DNA of 64,000 nucleotides from Batkoa obscura (GCA_030770535.1 JASVEC010000003.1:620001-684000), one strand, 5' to 3'; positions 36,177 to 48,655 are shown, counted from the stretch's first letter. Notes: generated by a model from the sequence alone, not told the origin. Numbers and translations: made by a program.

Positions 36177-37341
36177 TTAAAATGAAAAGATTTTTTGTAA
36201 TTCATTAACAAATACTTGGCCTAGTAATTGAGCAATAACTTCTTGCTTTTCTTCACTACTTTTGATCAAAGATTGATCCATTTTTTGACTACGATCATGC
36301 TCAGGTAATAAATAAAAAAATAAAAATTCTAACGTTTTCCATCTAATTATTAAATTTATGTTATTAATATTAATATTACTTAATTGTTGTACAATATTCA
36401 ATATTAATTTACCTCAACTCAGTTTGACTCTTTTTCTTTTTAACTAAACATAAAATTTCTTGAATTCCATTTGCTTCTTCAAAGCTCTATTAAAAAAAAA
36501 ACAATTAATATCTAAATTCAATATTCAATTAAAATTTATACCCTAATATGTTCTGGTGAAATAGCTAATATACATTGCGTTGTTTCCAATGCATCCATAG
36601 CAATTTGAAAATTTTCACAACAAATTAAATTAATAACAACCTAATTTATTATTATTATTAAAACATTGTCATTGTAATTGTAATTGATATTATATAATAA
36701 AATAAAATAAAATAAAATCTAGTTTACCTTAAAATTAGCTAAATTTAAAAAATATTCACTAACTTCTGGACAAAAACAAACAATGCCTTGTAATATTAGT
36801 AAACATTTTTCCGTTTGTCGAGTCCAATATGTTTTTGCTTCTATTATTAATAACAATATTAAATAAAGTTGATAAAATTAATAATAATCTTTAATAAATA
36901 AAAAATAGTCATATTAATCTAAATTACCTATTCCCAACGTTGTACAAGGTGGATTTGAATCCAATAAATTACATAAATTGTTGGTCACTAAAAATCAATT
37001 TATTTATTTAAGTTTAGAAATTAATACTAACTTTTTTCTTACACAACAATTGTTCATCTAATTGAGTAGCTTCAAATGCCAGCTTAGCTACTTTGGTATT
37101 GTCTTTACTTAAATCGGATATTAATTTATGTAATTGTTCTAATCCTTTTAATCGATGTTCTGGATTGGGTCGATGTAACTAAAGAAATTAATTAAATTTT
37201 TAAAAGATAAAATATTGCAATCAAACTTACTAGCTTTATACTATCTGATATCACTTTTTTTATTTCATTGAAGAGGAGAGATTTACTACGAAAAGTATAG
37301 AAATCTAAATTTTCTTCTTTTATAATACCCGTTTTATTCAT
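36177..37341 (-). CDS. Septation initiation network Cdc14 (S. pombe cdc14-type ARM protein, not the Cdc14 phosphatase); 7 exons
   Basis: Spliced peptides LLILQGIVCFCP, IRSFEEANGIQEI, LRWKTLEFLFFYLLPE and KSSEEKQEVIAQLLG match the recalled SIN Cdc14 family pattern. Confidence 0.75.
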
Positions 37342-37757
37342 TTTTCTTTTTTTAGTTAAAAATTATAAGATATTGATTTATGAGTTGGATGGAATGGAGT
37401 TCTAATTGAATGTTGAGTTTTTTTAATTTTAGTTTTCTTTTCTTTCTTTTCTTTCTCTTTTAAAACCTAAAGTAACTTTTAATATAAAAAAATCAATAAT
37501 AAAATAAGAGATTTGAATTGAAATAATTCATACTTTTTATCATCATCCCTTTATTTTTCAAGAAGAATTTAGTTAACATCCAATCATTTTGAACTTTAAT
37601 TACCTAGTCTTAAATTAATTTTATTAATTTGAAAAAAAAAATAATATATTTTAATTAATGTTAAAATATTCAAACAACTAAAACAACAAAACAACAATAA
37701 AACTTTATTTCTTATAATAAAAAAATGAGATGTATTTAAATTCTCTATTCTCAATTT

Positions 37758-38771
37758 TTATGTCTCAATCTCTCTAATCACAGGCTGTATTTGATATTTC
37801 AAAATAATCGGTAACAAATGATAAATGGAAAAATTAGGCCATAATACATTAATAAAATGAATTTGAGTATGATGCATTGATGTCTAAAAATAATTCAAAT
37901 TTTCTATTATTAGTTCAAATTCTATAAAAAAATTAAATCTAGGCTTTACCTGCCATAATAAAAAATCACTTAATCGAATTTCCCCTGAAGTACGTATCAA
38001 GATATCTAACTTAGGCAATTCGGAAGTGTATAAGCTAGCTTCTATTTGTTCAATAGTTATTTCATTATTTGAATGATTTTTGGATATCATTTGATTCATT
38101 TCATCAGTCGATGTATAAGGGAAACAGATAGTTAAAATAGCTCTATAAATTCATAAAATATTGATAAAAAATAATTCTTATTGAATAAAATTATTTCAAT
38201 TACTTATTATAATGCTCTGTTTCTTTCATAGCTTTATATATCACTTTTAAAACATCATTTGATAATAAGGATAACTTTCCTATCACTCTTATTGATACTT
38301 CATGTTTTTTGATCATTTCACTAAAGAATACTTAAATAATTAATAATAATAAAATAAATTCAATTATTACCTTTGAGTACAAAAAAATTCCAATCGATCT
38401 TTTGCTAATGTCATTAAAGCTTCTACTTCCTCTTTAGGTCTTTTAAAATTTTCAATGGAAAAAGCATAAGCTGTTACGGCTTTAACTCCTAATCTCAAAC
38501 AACAATCTAATATCTAAAAAATCAGAAACTAAATCAACACAATCTTTTAAAATAATTGTATTTAAATAACTAAACTTACCCTTTCTAAACTATTAAAGCC
38601 CAAATAATGACCTTCCGGAGTGGATATTTGATGCTGTTTTGCAAACCTTCTATTACCATCCATAATCAAACCAATATGTTGTGGTATTGGTCCTTGTTTT
38701 AATAGATTAATACATAAAGATTCCACACTTTCATGAATTGTGCTGAAAAAGTTTGTTAGTGTATCGTTCAT
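37758..38771 (-). CDS. RER2: cis-prenyltransferase / dehydrodolichyl diphosphate synthase (multi-exon)
   Basis: Motifs [64 protein letters not shown] and VLWPNFS. Confidence 0.95.
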
Positions 38772-38948
38772 TATAGTAATATAGAGTTGAAATTTAAAAC
38801 TTCAAAAAATTTCAATATTGTTAATTTAAAACTAAAAAATATTGGTGTTTTATTGGTAGAAGTTTAGGATTGAAATTCCATATGCTTGATTTCAACTAAA
38901 TTTAGTAAAATGTTAACTTTGCCTTTTTTTTTAAAATTAAATTGGATT

Positions 38949-41900
38949 ATGACATTAAAAGAAGAAAAAGAAGGAGAAAAAGACAAAGATAAAAAGACAA
39001 ATTTAAATGAACAAGATAAACAAAATGATAATCAACCTACAAAATGTGAAAAACCCAACTCTATATTAATAAAGCATAATAAATCGGATCAACAATTGCA
39101 CTCTAATCAACATCTCACCATCCAAGAACCCTTATTCTCTCATGATGAGACCTCCTCCTTACTCCCTAAACCCGCATCTAACTTCACCCGACGAAAAAGT
39201 AGCAGCTTCAGTTATACTTCCGAATCCAATATTAATTATCGCTCAATCAATTCCATTTCAGAATTAAGTATGAGTCCTGAAGTTGGCTTTGAAGATTTTG
39301 AAAACGAAATATTAACTAAATCCCCACAAAGAAGAGATATGTTACCATCACCAACACCTTCTCAATTAGAAGATATTGTTATTGACCCTAATTCAATACC
39401 TTACGATGAATGTGAACAACCTAAAAATTTTATTGGTTTAACGGATAAAGAGGCATATAGGTAAATGAAAAGAAAAAAGAATATATATAATTTAGAATAA
39501 TGGTATTAATTTTTTTAATTTAGTCAATTGATTATCTCGGTTGAAGAACTTTTAATGCAATATCATAAAGAAGAAGACTTATTAGAATGTAAATTTATTA
39601 ACACAACGTCAATTATTCCATATTAACTAATCAATTCAACAGTTACTATGACCTATCTTTCCCGAGTGGAATCTTTAATCTTAATTGGTGACACTTTATT
39701 GTTAGTGTTTGTATTTATCTGGGGTTGGTTTCGAGGTAGTATAGAAGATAGTCAATATCAATTTCGATATAATGGGGTCTTAGTAGAAATCTTTATTTTA
39801 TTATTAGTATTAGCATGGAATGGTGTGATGTATTATAGAGAAAGTCGATTAACTACTCATGAAACTTTAGATAGAGCACGATCTATTTTAAAAGTTATGG
39901 AAGATAATAGAGCAAGACCTATGAGAGTAAGTATTAATTTATTTACTTATTAATTTTATTTATAATATTTATGCTTAGCCCTTAAAATTACCTATTTGTC
40001 CCACCTTTTCTATAGTCAATGTTTATCGTGATGGTATCCTACAACAATTACCAGTGAATTTAACAGTGGATGGTGATATAATTGAAATAGCATTTGGTAT
40101 GGTAGTATTTTGTGATATGGAATATATGGGCAGTAGTCCTGAACGAATGAAACTTAAACGAGGAGAAATTTTCCAACCTAAATTTTTTAACTATGATCCC
40201 AATATTCCATTACAACAAAGTACATTTAAATTTTTATTAATGGAAACAAGATTTGCATCTACATTATCCGATACATTACAACAAAAAAGACCACGTTCAA
40301 TGATTGATTCTCAAAGATCTAAAATTCGAAAATATTTTTCTTTAGGTTTTGGTTTTAGTTCTTTATTTTTATGTTGTATTGCGAATGCCATTGTTTATAT
40401 ATTAGTAGATATACCAGCTAATAATTGGGATCATTGGGCAGAAGTATTAGTTCGAATACCAGGTTATGCTTTATTAGCTTGGTTACCTCTTTGGATTCCT
40501 AGCTTTTGGTTTATTGTTCGAAGTTATTGTAATGCTCATACATTGGTATTATTTGAAGCATTGCAAAAATCTAAAGAAGAATTTGAAGATGAAGAAGATA
40601 TTGATGAGTTTGATACTGAAGCTCCTTCCCCTACTAAAAATATTGAAATTTCTTTTAGTAAGTTATTAAAAGAGTGTATATTTTGTTTATATTTATTATT
40701 GTCATTTAGATATGGTATTTGAAAAATGGTGGTGGTTAATGTCTCAATGGAATCAAGTCTCCTTGACTAGATCAACTAATTTATTTGAATCTCTTGGTAG
40801 TATTACTATGTTATGTGCTTTAGATAAAGAAGAAACAATTGCTACCGTAAGTTATAATAGAATGTACCAATAATACAATATATATAATAAAAATAATTTA
40901 ATTAGCCCTTCCCAGAAATGGAACATATATTATTTGTAAATTCAGATAAGGGGGTGGTTAAATTAGATGTTAATGAAGATAAATCAAGTAAAAATGCCAT
41001 TCGATTTGAAGATCAGGATTGGGAAAAATATATAACGTAAGTTATTAAATCATAATAATATTATAATAATTATTTTTATTTTTATTTTTATTTATTTTAT
41101 TAATACAACATTTTTTTTTTCATAGATGTTTAAAACCACTTGGATTAAATACTATGTTATGTACTAAATGTGGTGTTATTGATAATCAACATGTGACTTA
41201 TAAACCAGCTAATTCACATTTAAATAATTTAGATTTGGATTTAAATGATGTATTGGCACCTGCTAGACAAAGTAAATTTATTATTTACTATTTAATTATA
41301 TAAGTTAAGGATTTTATATTTAGCTTGCCTATGTAGACTAGGATTAGAAGTAGGATTTACACCACAATCATTAGCCTCTTTTTCACGTAAAAAAGACATA
41401 GTATTAATGGCCCCTTATCATCCAACCTTAACTAGTCCAACCCAAAAAAAATTAGATTTTGAAATACCTTTAGCTTTATCTACCATATATAGAGAAAGTA
41501 AAAGTGGAAATTATCAATTATTATCAAGTGGCCATATGGATTTAATATTAGATCATTGTGCTGATTATTGGGATGGAGAAGGATTATGTACATTTACAAA
41601 TTCAGTAGGTTTTATTTTGCTATATATTTTATATTATATATTTATTTTTATATTTAGATTGAAAATAAAATATATGATTTTTATGAGAATGCTATCGGAA
41701 ATGATTTACAATGTGTTGCATATAGTTATCGACCAATTAATATTAAAAATGATAATGAATTAATATTTTTAAATGATGAAGAAGCCAAATCTTCTATAAA
41801 AATTCGAATATCAAATGAAGAAAGTGAAAATACATCTAGTCCATCAAGTACAATATCAAAATTAAGTTCTGAAGATGAAGATGAAATTAATGATTTATTA

Positions 41901-43502
41901 AAACGTAAACGTATCTTTAGTAAAATTACAATTGAAGAAGATGAAGTTGATCCAACTATTGCTGAGCAAGATCCATTAAAATTTTATAAAAATCAAACAA
42001 AAGGTCAAATATTTTTAGCTATGACAACTTCAGCTCATCAACCTAAACCTGATGTATGTGATGTCATTGAAGATTTAAAATTAGCTGGTATAAGATTTGT
42101 TTATTTTTCACCAAAAGATGAAAGAAGAAGTAAAGCATTTGCAGAAAGATTAGGTATGGAAACGGATTGGAATACATGTATTCGATTATCCCCATCTAGT
42201 TCTGAAGATGATTTTGATGATCATTATATAAAAGCTAGATTACCTTGTGGTATTGAAACTATTAGAGACCATTTAGAAAACGTAGATGATATTCCTTTAC
42301 AAGTTTCTTTATTTGCTGAATGTTCTCCTGAAGCTACTGTAGAAATGATTAAAATATTTCAAGAATATGGTGAAGTCGTTTGTTGTATTGGTAATTCATT
42401 AAATCATTTAAATACTCCTGCTTTCGCTACAGCGGACTTGGGTATTGCAGTGGAACCTCTTTTACATAGAAGATTTGCTTCTACCCAATTATTTCACTCT
42501 ACTGTTTCTTTAGGCTCTACATTAACTTCATTGCCTTGTGCATTGTTTTTTAATAAAGAAACATCTTTGTTTGTATTGACACAAATTATTAGGGAAGCTA
42601 GAAGATTATTGAATTCAGTAAGACAGGTAAATTCAATTAATTATTCAATATTAATATTATCAATATAAATTTTAATATAGGGAGGATCTTTTTTATTAGC
42701 AGTTGGTATGGCTTCATCTTTATTAATAATAGTCAATTCCATACTAATACAGCCACCAATCTTATCCGGTTATCATATATTGTGGTTATTATGGATAGTT
42801 GGTCCAATCATAACAATGCCATTTTTATTTACACCACATGAACCAAATACAATGACATCAATGGTAGGTAAAAATAAAGAACATATACCTGGATTTATGA
42901 GATTTTTTATGTATGGCTTTATGAGAATGTTAGGTTCTATTTTAACTTGGCAATTTTTATTTGTAGTGTAAGAATATAAATTTAATATAAGTTAACTAAT
43001 AAATTGATTATTTTATTTTAGTTCATTTTATAATTTACGAATAATAGCAGGTGATATGGATGATTTCTTATCACGTAGGGATGATTGGTATGCTTGGACT
43101 CCTAATGAACAATGGGCTTTATTACATAGTCAAAATTTAACTTTGTTTTTTATGGTTTACCATTTATGTTTAATATCAGGTACATTCATGTCAAGAACTT
43201 TATATTTTTGGGAACATCCACCTTATTATAATAAGCAATGGTTACTAGGAATCTTTATTGCTATAATTATTCAAACTATTTATTCCTTAACCTTTTTTAT
43301 TGAAAGTCCACAGCCGTTTACATTGATAGGTACATTGAATGCTCTTCCATATTGGTATTATGTAATGGGGTTTGTATCACCTATTTTATTGTTACCTTTG
43401 CAAGAGATGGTTAAATATCATGATAGAGATATTTATACTAGGTTTCAAAAGAGATCTAAGTTGGAGTTTAATACAAAGTTAGGATTACATTCTCCCGTTT
43501 AG
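38949..43502 (+). CDS. TMEM94: TMEM94 (ERMA)-like P-type ATPase-related membrane protein, multi-exon
   Basis: Motifs LPVNLTVDGDIIEI, LKPLGLN, GIRFVYFSPKDERRSKAFAERLGMETDWNTCI, KARLPCGIETIRDHLENVDDIPLQVSLF, IIREARR and RFQKRSKLEFNTKLGLHSP. ATG at 38949. Confidence 0.88.
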
Positions 43503-43676
43503 AGCAAATTAGAGGCTATTTATAAATAGTAAGAAAAATTACTAATGATGTTAAATGAATGTTATAGTTTAATAAATTTTATTTTTAAGTTTAATTTTAT
43601 AATAATAAAATGAATAACTTTGAATATAAAAAATAAATAAAAAAGTTTAATTTTATTATTAATTAATATTATTAAT

Positions 43677-44537
43677 TTAAACTTGATTAATACTTTTGGC
43701 TATTAATTTTAATACTATTGGACTAATTGGTACTTCATCATGAGTACCAAAATCATCTAAAATCAATTCAACTCTAGTAAAACCTAATTGATGTAAGTGT
43801 TGACCAAAATCTAAACTTTGAGATTTTTTAACTAAATTATCTTGATTAGAATAAAACAGAATGTATTTAGGTAGTTTAATATACGGTATTAATCCCAATT
43901 TTTCTTTTGTAGAACACATAGGGGAAGCTAATTTCCAATCATCTTTTGACAAATCTTTTCCAAAAGCTGGTAATAAAAAATCCTTTTTATAACTACTATC
44001 ATGTTCCGAAAACCCTTTTAAATCAAATATACCTTCTGTGACAATAATACCTTTAATATGTGCTACTTTTTCAATAATATCATCTTTATTGATCCTATCT
44101 ATCCCTTTCTTTTCCATCTCTTCAATAATATCCCCCACTCTTAATCCAATCATCCCTGATAATTGCCCTCCCGCTGAATGTCCACCTAAATAAATATTTT
44201 TATTATTATAACTTAATCCCCTACTATTTTCCACAATATGTAAATAACCTAATAAACAATCAATTGAATGTAATGGATGTTGAATTTCACTATTAACATC
44301 TCGTTCACTTAATCGATAATTTAATAAAGCTACAGCAATATTCTGCGATGAAGAAAGGTTTATTGCCATTCCAGTTAATTCCTTTTTATCACCAGATACC
44401 CATGCGCCTCCATGGATAAAGATTAAAATTGGTGGTGAGGAGGAAGAGTGGGATGGTAGGTAAAGATCGTAAGTGTTCAGCGGATGTGTGTTGGAGTAGC
44501 GTATATCGTTATAAATTATGGGTTGCTTAACAGTCAT
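43677..44537 (-). CDS. Alpha/beta hydrolase, kynurenine formamidase (Bna7/AFMID)-like; intronless
   Basis: Motifs IFIHGGAW, NYRLS...QHPLH..D, GHSAGG (nucleophile), EGIFDL, D.LV...Q and G.HDE. Confidence 0.75.
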   Translation of the reverse strand: MTVKQPIIYNDIRYSNTHPLNTYDLYLPSHSSSSPPILIFIHGGAWVSGDKKELTGMAINLSSSQNIAVALLNYRLSERDVNSEIQHPLHSIDCLLGYLHIVENSRGLSYNNKNIYLGGHSAGGQLSGMIGLRVGDIIEEMEKKGIDRINKDDIIEKVAHIKGIIVTEGIFDLKGFSEHDSSYKKDFLLPAFGKDLSKDDWKLASPMCSTKEKLGLIPYIKLPKYILFYSNQDNLVKKSQSLDFGQHLHQLGFTRVELILDDFGTHDEVPISPIVLKLIAKSINQV

Positions 44538-45182
44538 TTTTACACAGTGTTAGTGAAGTTAAATTGTTTAATATTGTTGAATTTGAATTAAAGAAAATAG
44601 TATAATTAAGTAGTGAAAGGTTCACTTTAAATAGTATAGAAATAAAGGGATGAATGAGAAATTAGTTGTTCATCGTTTAAATTTAGTAAATTTGATGATT
44701 CGATACAATTGAAAGGAGTTATTTTTGGATTTATTCTTTGTTTATTCTTTAGTCATTGTTGTGTCAAATTAAAAACAAAATGAAAATCTAATGTTTTATT
44801 AGATTGAATTTAGAAAATTAAAAAAAATCAAGTTTTTAATAATATGAATAATTGAAACGAATATGTAAGAAAATAGATTATTAATGTTTTTTATCGAATT
44901 TGTTAAAATGCATTATTTTTAAGTTTATATAACTACAATATTACTATAGTTTGATTTATTATATAATTTAAATCTGTATGAAGTTATTAGTCTATTTTAT
45001 TATATGATTTAAGTTTGTATGTAATATTTAAGTAATATAAAAAAAGTATAGTAATGATTATAATGAGTTAAAAGCACATTAAAACTTAACTAAAATAGAA
45101 ACTAAAACATGGAATTAAACAACTATAAATAACAAAGAAAATCAAATTTTTGTTTATTACATTATAAAAAAAATTATTCATC

Positions 45183-45572
45183 ATGTTTCTTTACAAGTTA
45201 TTAACAATCCTATCACTAAACATCTTCTTAGTTAATAGCATTTATTTTCGATGTAAAATGAGCATTAATCCTTCTGAAACTCAATGTTCCTGTTTTGCCA
45301 CTGGTGGAAAAAAACCAGTAGCTTCTGGTGGGTTTGCTGATCTAAATTGTACATTTCAATATAATTATTGTAGTTCTTCACAAAAGGGACTTCCCAATGG
45401 TAGGGTTAAGATTGAATATTGTGATAGTGATAAGATGAGATTGTCAGTGGAAAAATTGAATGTTAAAAAAATATATGTGATTGAAAAGTGGAATACAACT
45501 GTTGAGAATGGAGTGGAGATAAAGAGTGAGAATTTAAATACTTTTAATGAGGATAATGATTTTAAAGTGTAA
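45183..45572 (+). CDS. Small secreted cysteine-rich protein (129 aa, 6 Cys)
   Basis: Hydrophobic N-terminal signal-like peptide. Shares its Cys skeleton with the convergent neighbour. TATAAA upstream at ~45124. Confidence 0.8.
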   Translation: MFLYKLLTILSLNIFLVNSIYFRCKMSINPSETQCSCFATGGKKPVASGGFADLNCTFQYNYCSSSQKGLPNGRVKIEYCDSDKMRLSVEKLNVKKIYVIEKWNTTVENGVEIKSENLNTFNEDNDFKV

Positions 45573-45643
45573 CAAGTCAATAAATTTAAAACAAATAAAA
45601 CATAATAAAAAATGGTCATTAAAAATTTTTATTTATACTTAAT

Positions 45644-46051
45644 TTACAATAATTTTCTCAATTTTCTAAATAACCTTTTATAAATATTAATATTATCTTT
45701 CTTTTCTGAATCAATACCGCCCTCATATTTTTCACCATTTTGATCCGCGGATACCGATAAATTGTTAATTTCGGAATAAAAATATTTATCATTTTTCTTT
45801 TCAACTAAGCCAATTCTTTCTTCAGTGCAGAAAGCAATAAAAGTTTTACCATTGTCAATATTTTTGGCTTCCGAGGAGCAATAACTTTTGTTTTCTTTAC
45901 AGTTCAATTTCACAGTGGATTTACCTCCTTTAGCAGAACATTCACAGCTTAAAGAATTGTTTTTGTTTTGAACTTTACATTCGTATTTAATGGAGGTGAT
46001 AACGCTAACAAAAGCAACAAGGATAGTGATGAGTAAGATGAGTTTATTCAT
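45644..46051 (-). CDS. Small secreted cysteine-rich protein (135 aa, 6 Cys), paralog of 45183-45572
   Basis: Signal-like peptide MNKLILLITILVAFVSVITS; shared C...CxCxAxGGK...LNC...YCSS...NG...C pattern. Confidence 0.8.
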   Translation of the reverse strand: MNKLILLITILVAFVSVITSIKYECKVQNKNNSLSCECSAKGGKSTVKLNCKENKSYCSSEAKNIDNGKTFIAFCTEERIGLVEKKNDKYFYSEINNLSVSADQNGEKYEGGIDSEKKDNINIYKRLFRKLRKLL

Positions 46052-46354
46052 TTTGAAATGTTTTTGATTTTATATATAATAGATATAAAAAGTTTTAAAA
46101 AAATCAAAAGCCACTTTGTTTCCTTTTTATACAAGTGAAGTTACGGACTATTTATTTCGAATTTTCTAAAAATAAACTGAAATTTGAAGCTGAAATTTTT
46201 ACTATTTTATCCGTATTTTCATCTGTTTGTCCGTGAAAATTGAAATTCTTGTAAATTTATTATAGAGTTCAAGTTTAGTTAAAGTAAAAGTAAAATAATA
46301 TAGTACCATTTTCAAGTAGCTTTTAGTAGCTATTGTCTTCTACATTCACTATCA

Positions 46355-47021
46355 ATAACTTACACATCCCTTCTATACTTCATTGAATCAATAATAACCC
46401 ATTTTGGTAAACTTCAATTCTTCATGACATTGTTATTTATTAAAAAAGAAGAAAAAAATAGATTAATATAGTAATTTATTAGAATTAATAAATTAGATAT
46501 TAAGTTTTCATTATCTGGATTTTTTTAAAAATAGTTCTAAGGCAAGTTGTTAAATGTTTTAACATAGGTTTAAGAGCTAGAAGAATAAGCTAATGTAAAT
46601 AGAACAATCTAAAAGAAACTTCAATGTATTATTTATATTCAATTTATAGTTTTTATTTATTAAATAAAACACTTGATACGTTTGTTACATAACTTAACAT
46701 CCCTTCTATACTTCATTGAATCAATAATAACCCATTTTGGTAAACTTCAATTCTTCATGACATTGTTATTTATTAAAAAAGAAGAAAAAAATAGATTAAT
46801 ATAGTAATTTATTAGAATTAATAAATTAGATATTAAGTTTTCATTATCTGGATTTTTTTAAAAATAGTTCTAAGGCAAGTTGTTAAATGTTTTAACATAG
46901 GTTTAAGAGCTAGAAGAATAAGCTAATGTAAATAGAACAATCTAAAAGAAACTTCAATGTATTATTTATATTCAATTTATAGTTTTTATTTATTAAATAA
47001 AACACTTGATACGTTTGTTAC
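46355..47021. repeat. Near-perfect head-to-tail tandem duplication (46355-46688 / 46689-47021, ~333 bp)
   Basis: Both units run ataactta(c)acatcccttctatacttc...aacacttgatacgtttgttac. The only difference seen is a 1-bp indel near the unit start. Confidence 0.95.
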
Positions 47022-47231
47022 CGAATTTTTTTATTTGGCATCTTTTCCACTCAAATAGCACTTAAAATGGAGAGCACCAGCCACCTCAAAGAAAATTCTT
47101 TTCAATTTTTCTCATGTTTTCTCATTGATTTTATACCAATCAGATCAGTTTTTTTTGAAACTCAATACCTAAAGGGTTAATTTAATTTGAGCCATCTGAG
47201 CAATGTTCGTCCACAGTATTCAAGCGATTAA
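47022..47231. mobile_element. Composite relic: internal fragment of MITE family 1 (~47022-47070) fused to a truncated reversed copy of MITE family 2 (47072-47231)
   Basis: ttttccactcaaatagcacttaaaatgga is a family 1 core. 47072-47231 is the reverse-complement homolog of 54688-54848 and ends cagtattcaagcga-TTAA. Confidence 0.8.
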
Positions 47232-47926
47232 GATAAATAAGCACAAACAGCAAAAAAGGAGCCAAGAAAAACTATAAATGTCTTTAGTTTTGCTTTAATA
47301 AAACATTGTCCTAAATCTTTACTCTAAAAAGTCGTAGAAATAGTAAAAGGTTTAGTTTATAACCTAAATCTTGTTTTTGATTTTTTGAGTTTATAGCTTT
47401 TTAGCACAAAGCTACAGTATCTCTAAGTTGATGAATGAGTTAAATTTCCATCATTTTAAAGTTTAATATGTCAAATAAGTTTTACAATTCACGTTTATAA
47501 TTAAAACCTTTAACATGTATATATATTTAAAACTAAGGTCATTGGTTTAATCAAAAACTCACTAAACTTGCGTAACCACATCAAAGAAAATGGAATTATA
47601 TGTTAAGAGCAGTTTATTTAATTGTATATTAGGCTTTTGCCTTTTAGATTTATGAATGTACTGACCTAGAGCTCCCACAATATAGATAATAGCATTAAAT
47701 TTTATCTATGTTTAGATATTCCAAATGTTCAACATCAAAGTTTAAGCTTGATCATATATTTTATTATTATCAATTTTATATCATACAATATTACCTTAAA
47801 AACTAAAATTTACAAAAACATAATCTGTATAAACAACAATTGAATGCTAGAGCATAGATATAATATCTTTAATCTTTAAGACAAGCGTTTATAAAGCTTT
47901 GTTAAGCAAAGGGGTAGAATGGGATT

Positions 47927-48655
47927 TTAATCACGTAAAATTGGATTATCTGGAGCCAAAGGGTTAATTCTATTATAAGATTAAAATTAGGTATTTTGTT
48001 TTAAAATAATATACTTTTTAATATTAACTTTTTTAAATTCTAAATATGACCTTGATAAAGTTCTATTTTCTTCTTTATTCAATCTCTTTAAACATATTGG
48101 CAATTGAGAATTCTCTTCTTCTTTCAAATGGTTTTGAAAATCCTAAGTCTAAATTTCAATTTTATTAAGATAATATATTTTTACTTCCATAAGCTCATCC
48201 AACCCATTTACAAATTCATTACATGGCCCATTCATATTATATATCATACATAAAGCATAGATATCATTGCAAAACTTTCGATGCTCTTGAAGCATTTTGA
48301 CTGTGTTTTGTTTGCCAAAAGTTGGAAATAATATTGGATAGACAATAATTTCTTCGGTTATACAATGTGAAGAGACTATCAATTAGTTGATATGTATATT
48401 AAATGTAAAAATCTAGGATATTAAATAGTCGAATGTAGTTTATATAGATTCTACCTTACTAAGAGCTACCATCTGATTGATATACTCCTTTTTCTCGGAT
48501 TGAGAAATTGATCCCAATTTACTTAATTTATAAAGGTAAATAATACAATCATGTTCTTTTTTTATAGCAATGTCTATACTTTCTTCATTTGAATGTTCAA
48601 AAGATTCCAAGTTAAAGATTTCATGTAACCAGTTGGCAGTGTCAAAGGTGGACAT
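47927..48655 (-). CDS. Hemerythrin/HHE cation-binding domain protein (multi-exon; 3' end uncertain)
   Basis: Exon peptides IKKEHDCI, HCITEEIIVYP, LQEHRKF and FQNHLKEEENSQLP give the H...HxxxEE...H...HxxEEE hemerythrin-like pattern. Confidence 0.65.

Noticed and set aside
36177..37341. Cdc14 dual-specificity phosphatase
   Set aside because: No HCxxGxxR motif; the peptides fit the unrelated SIN Cdc14 family.
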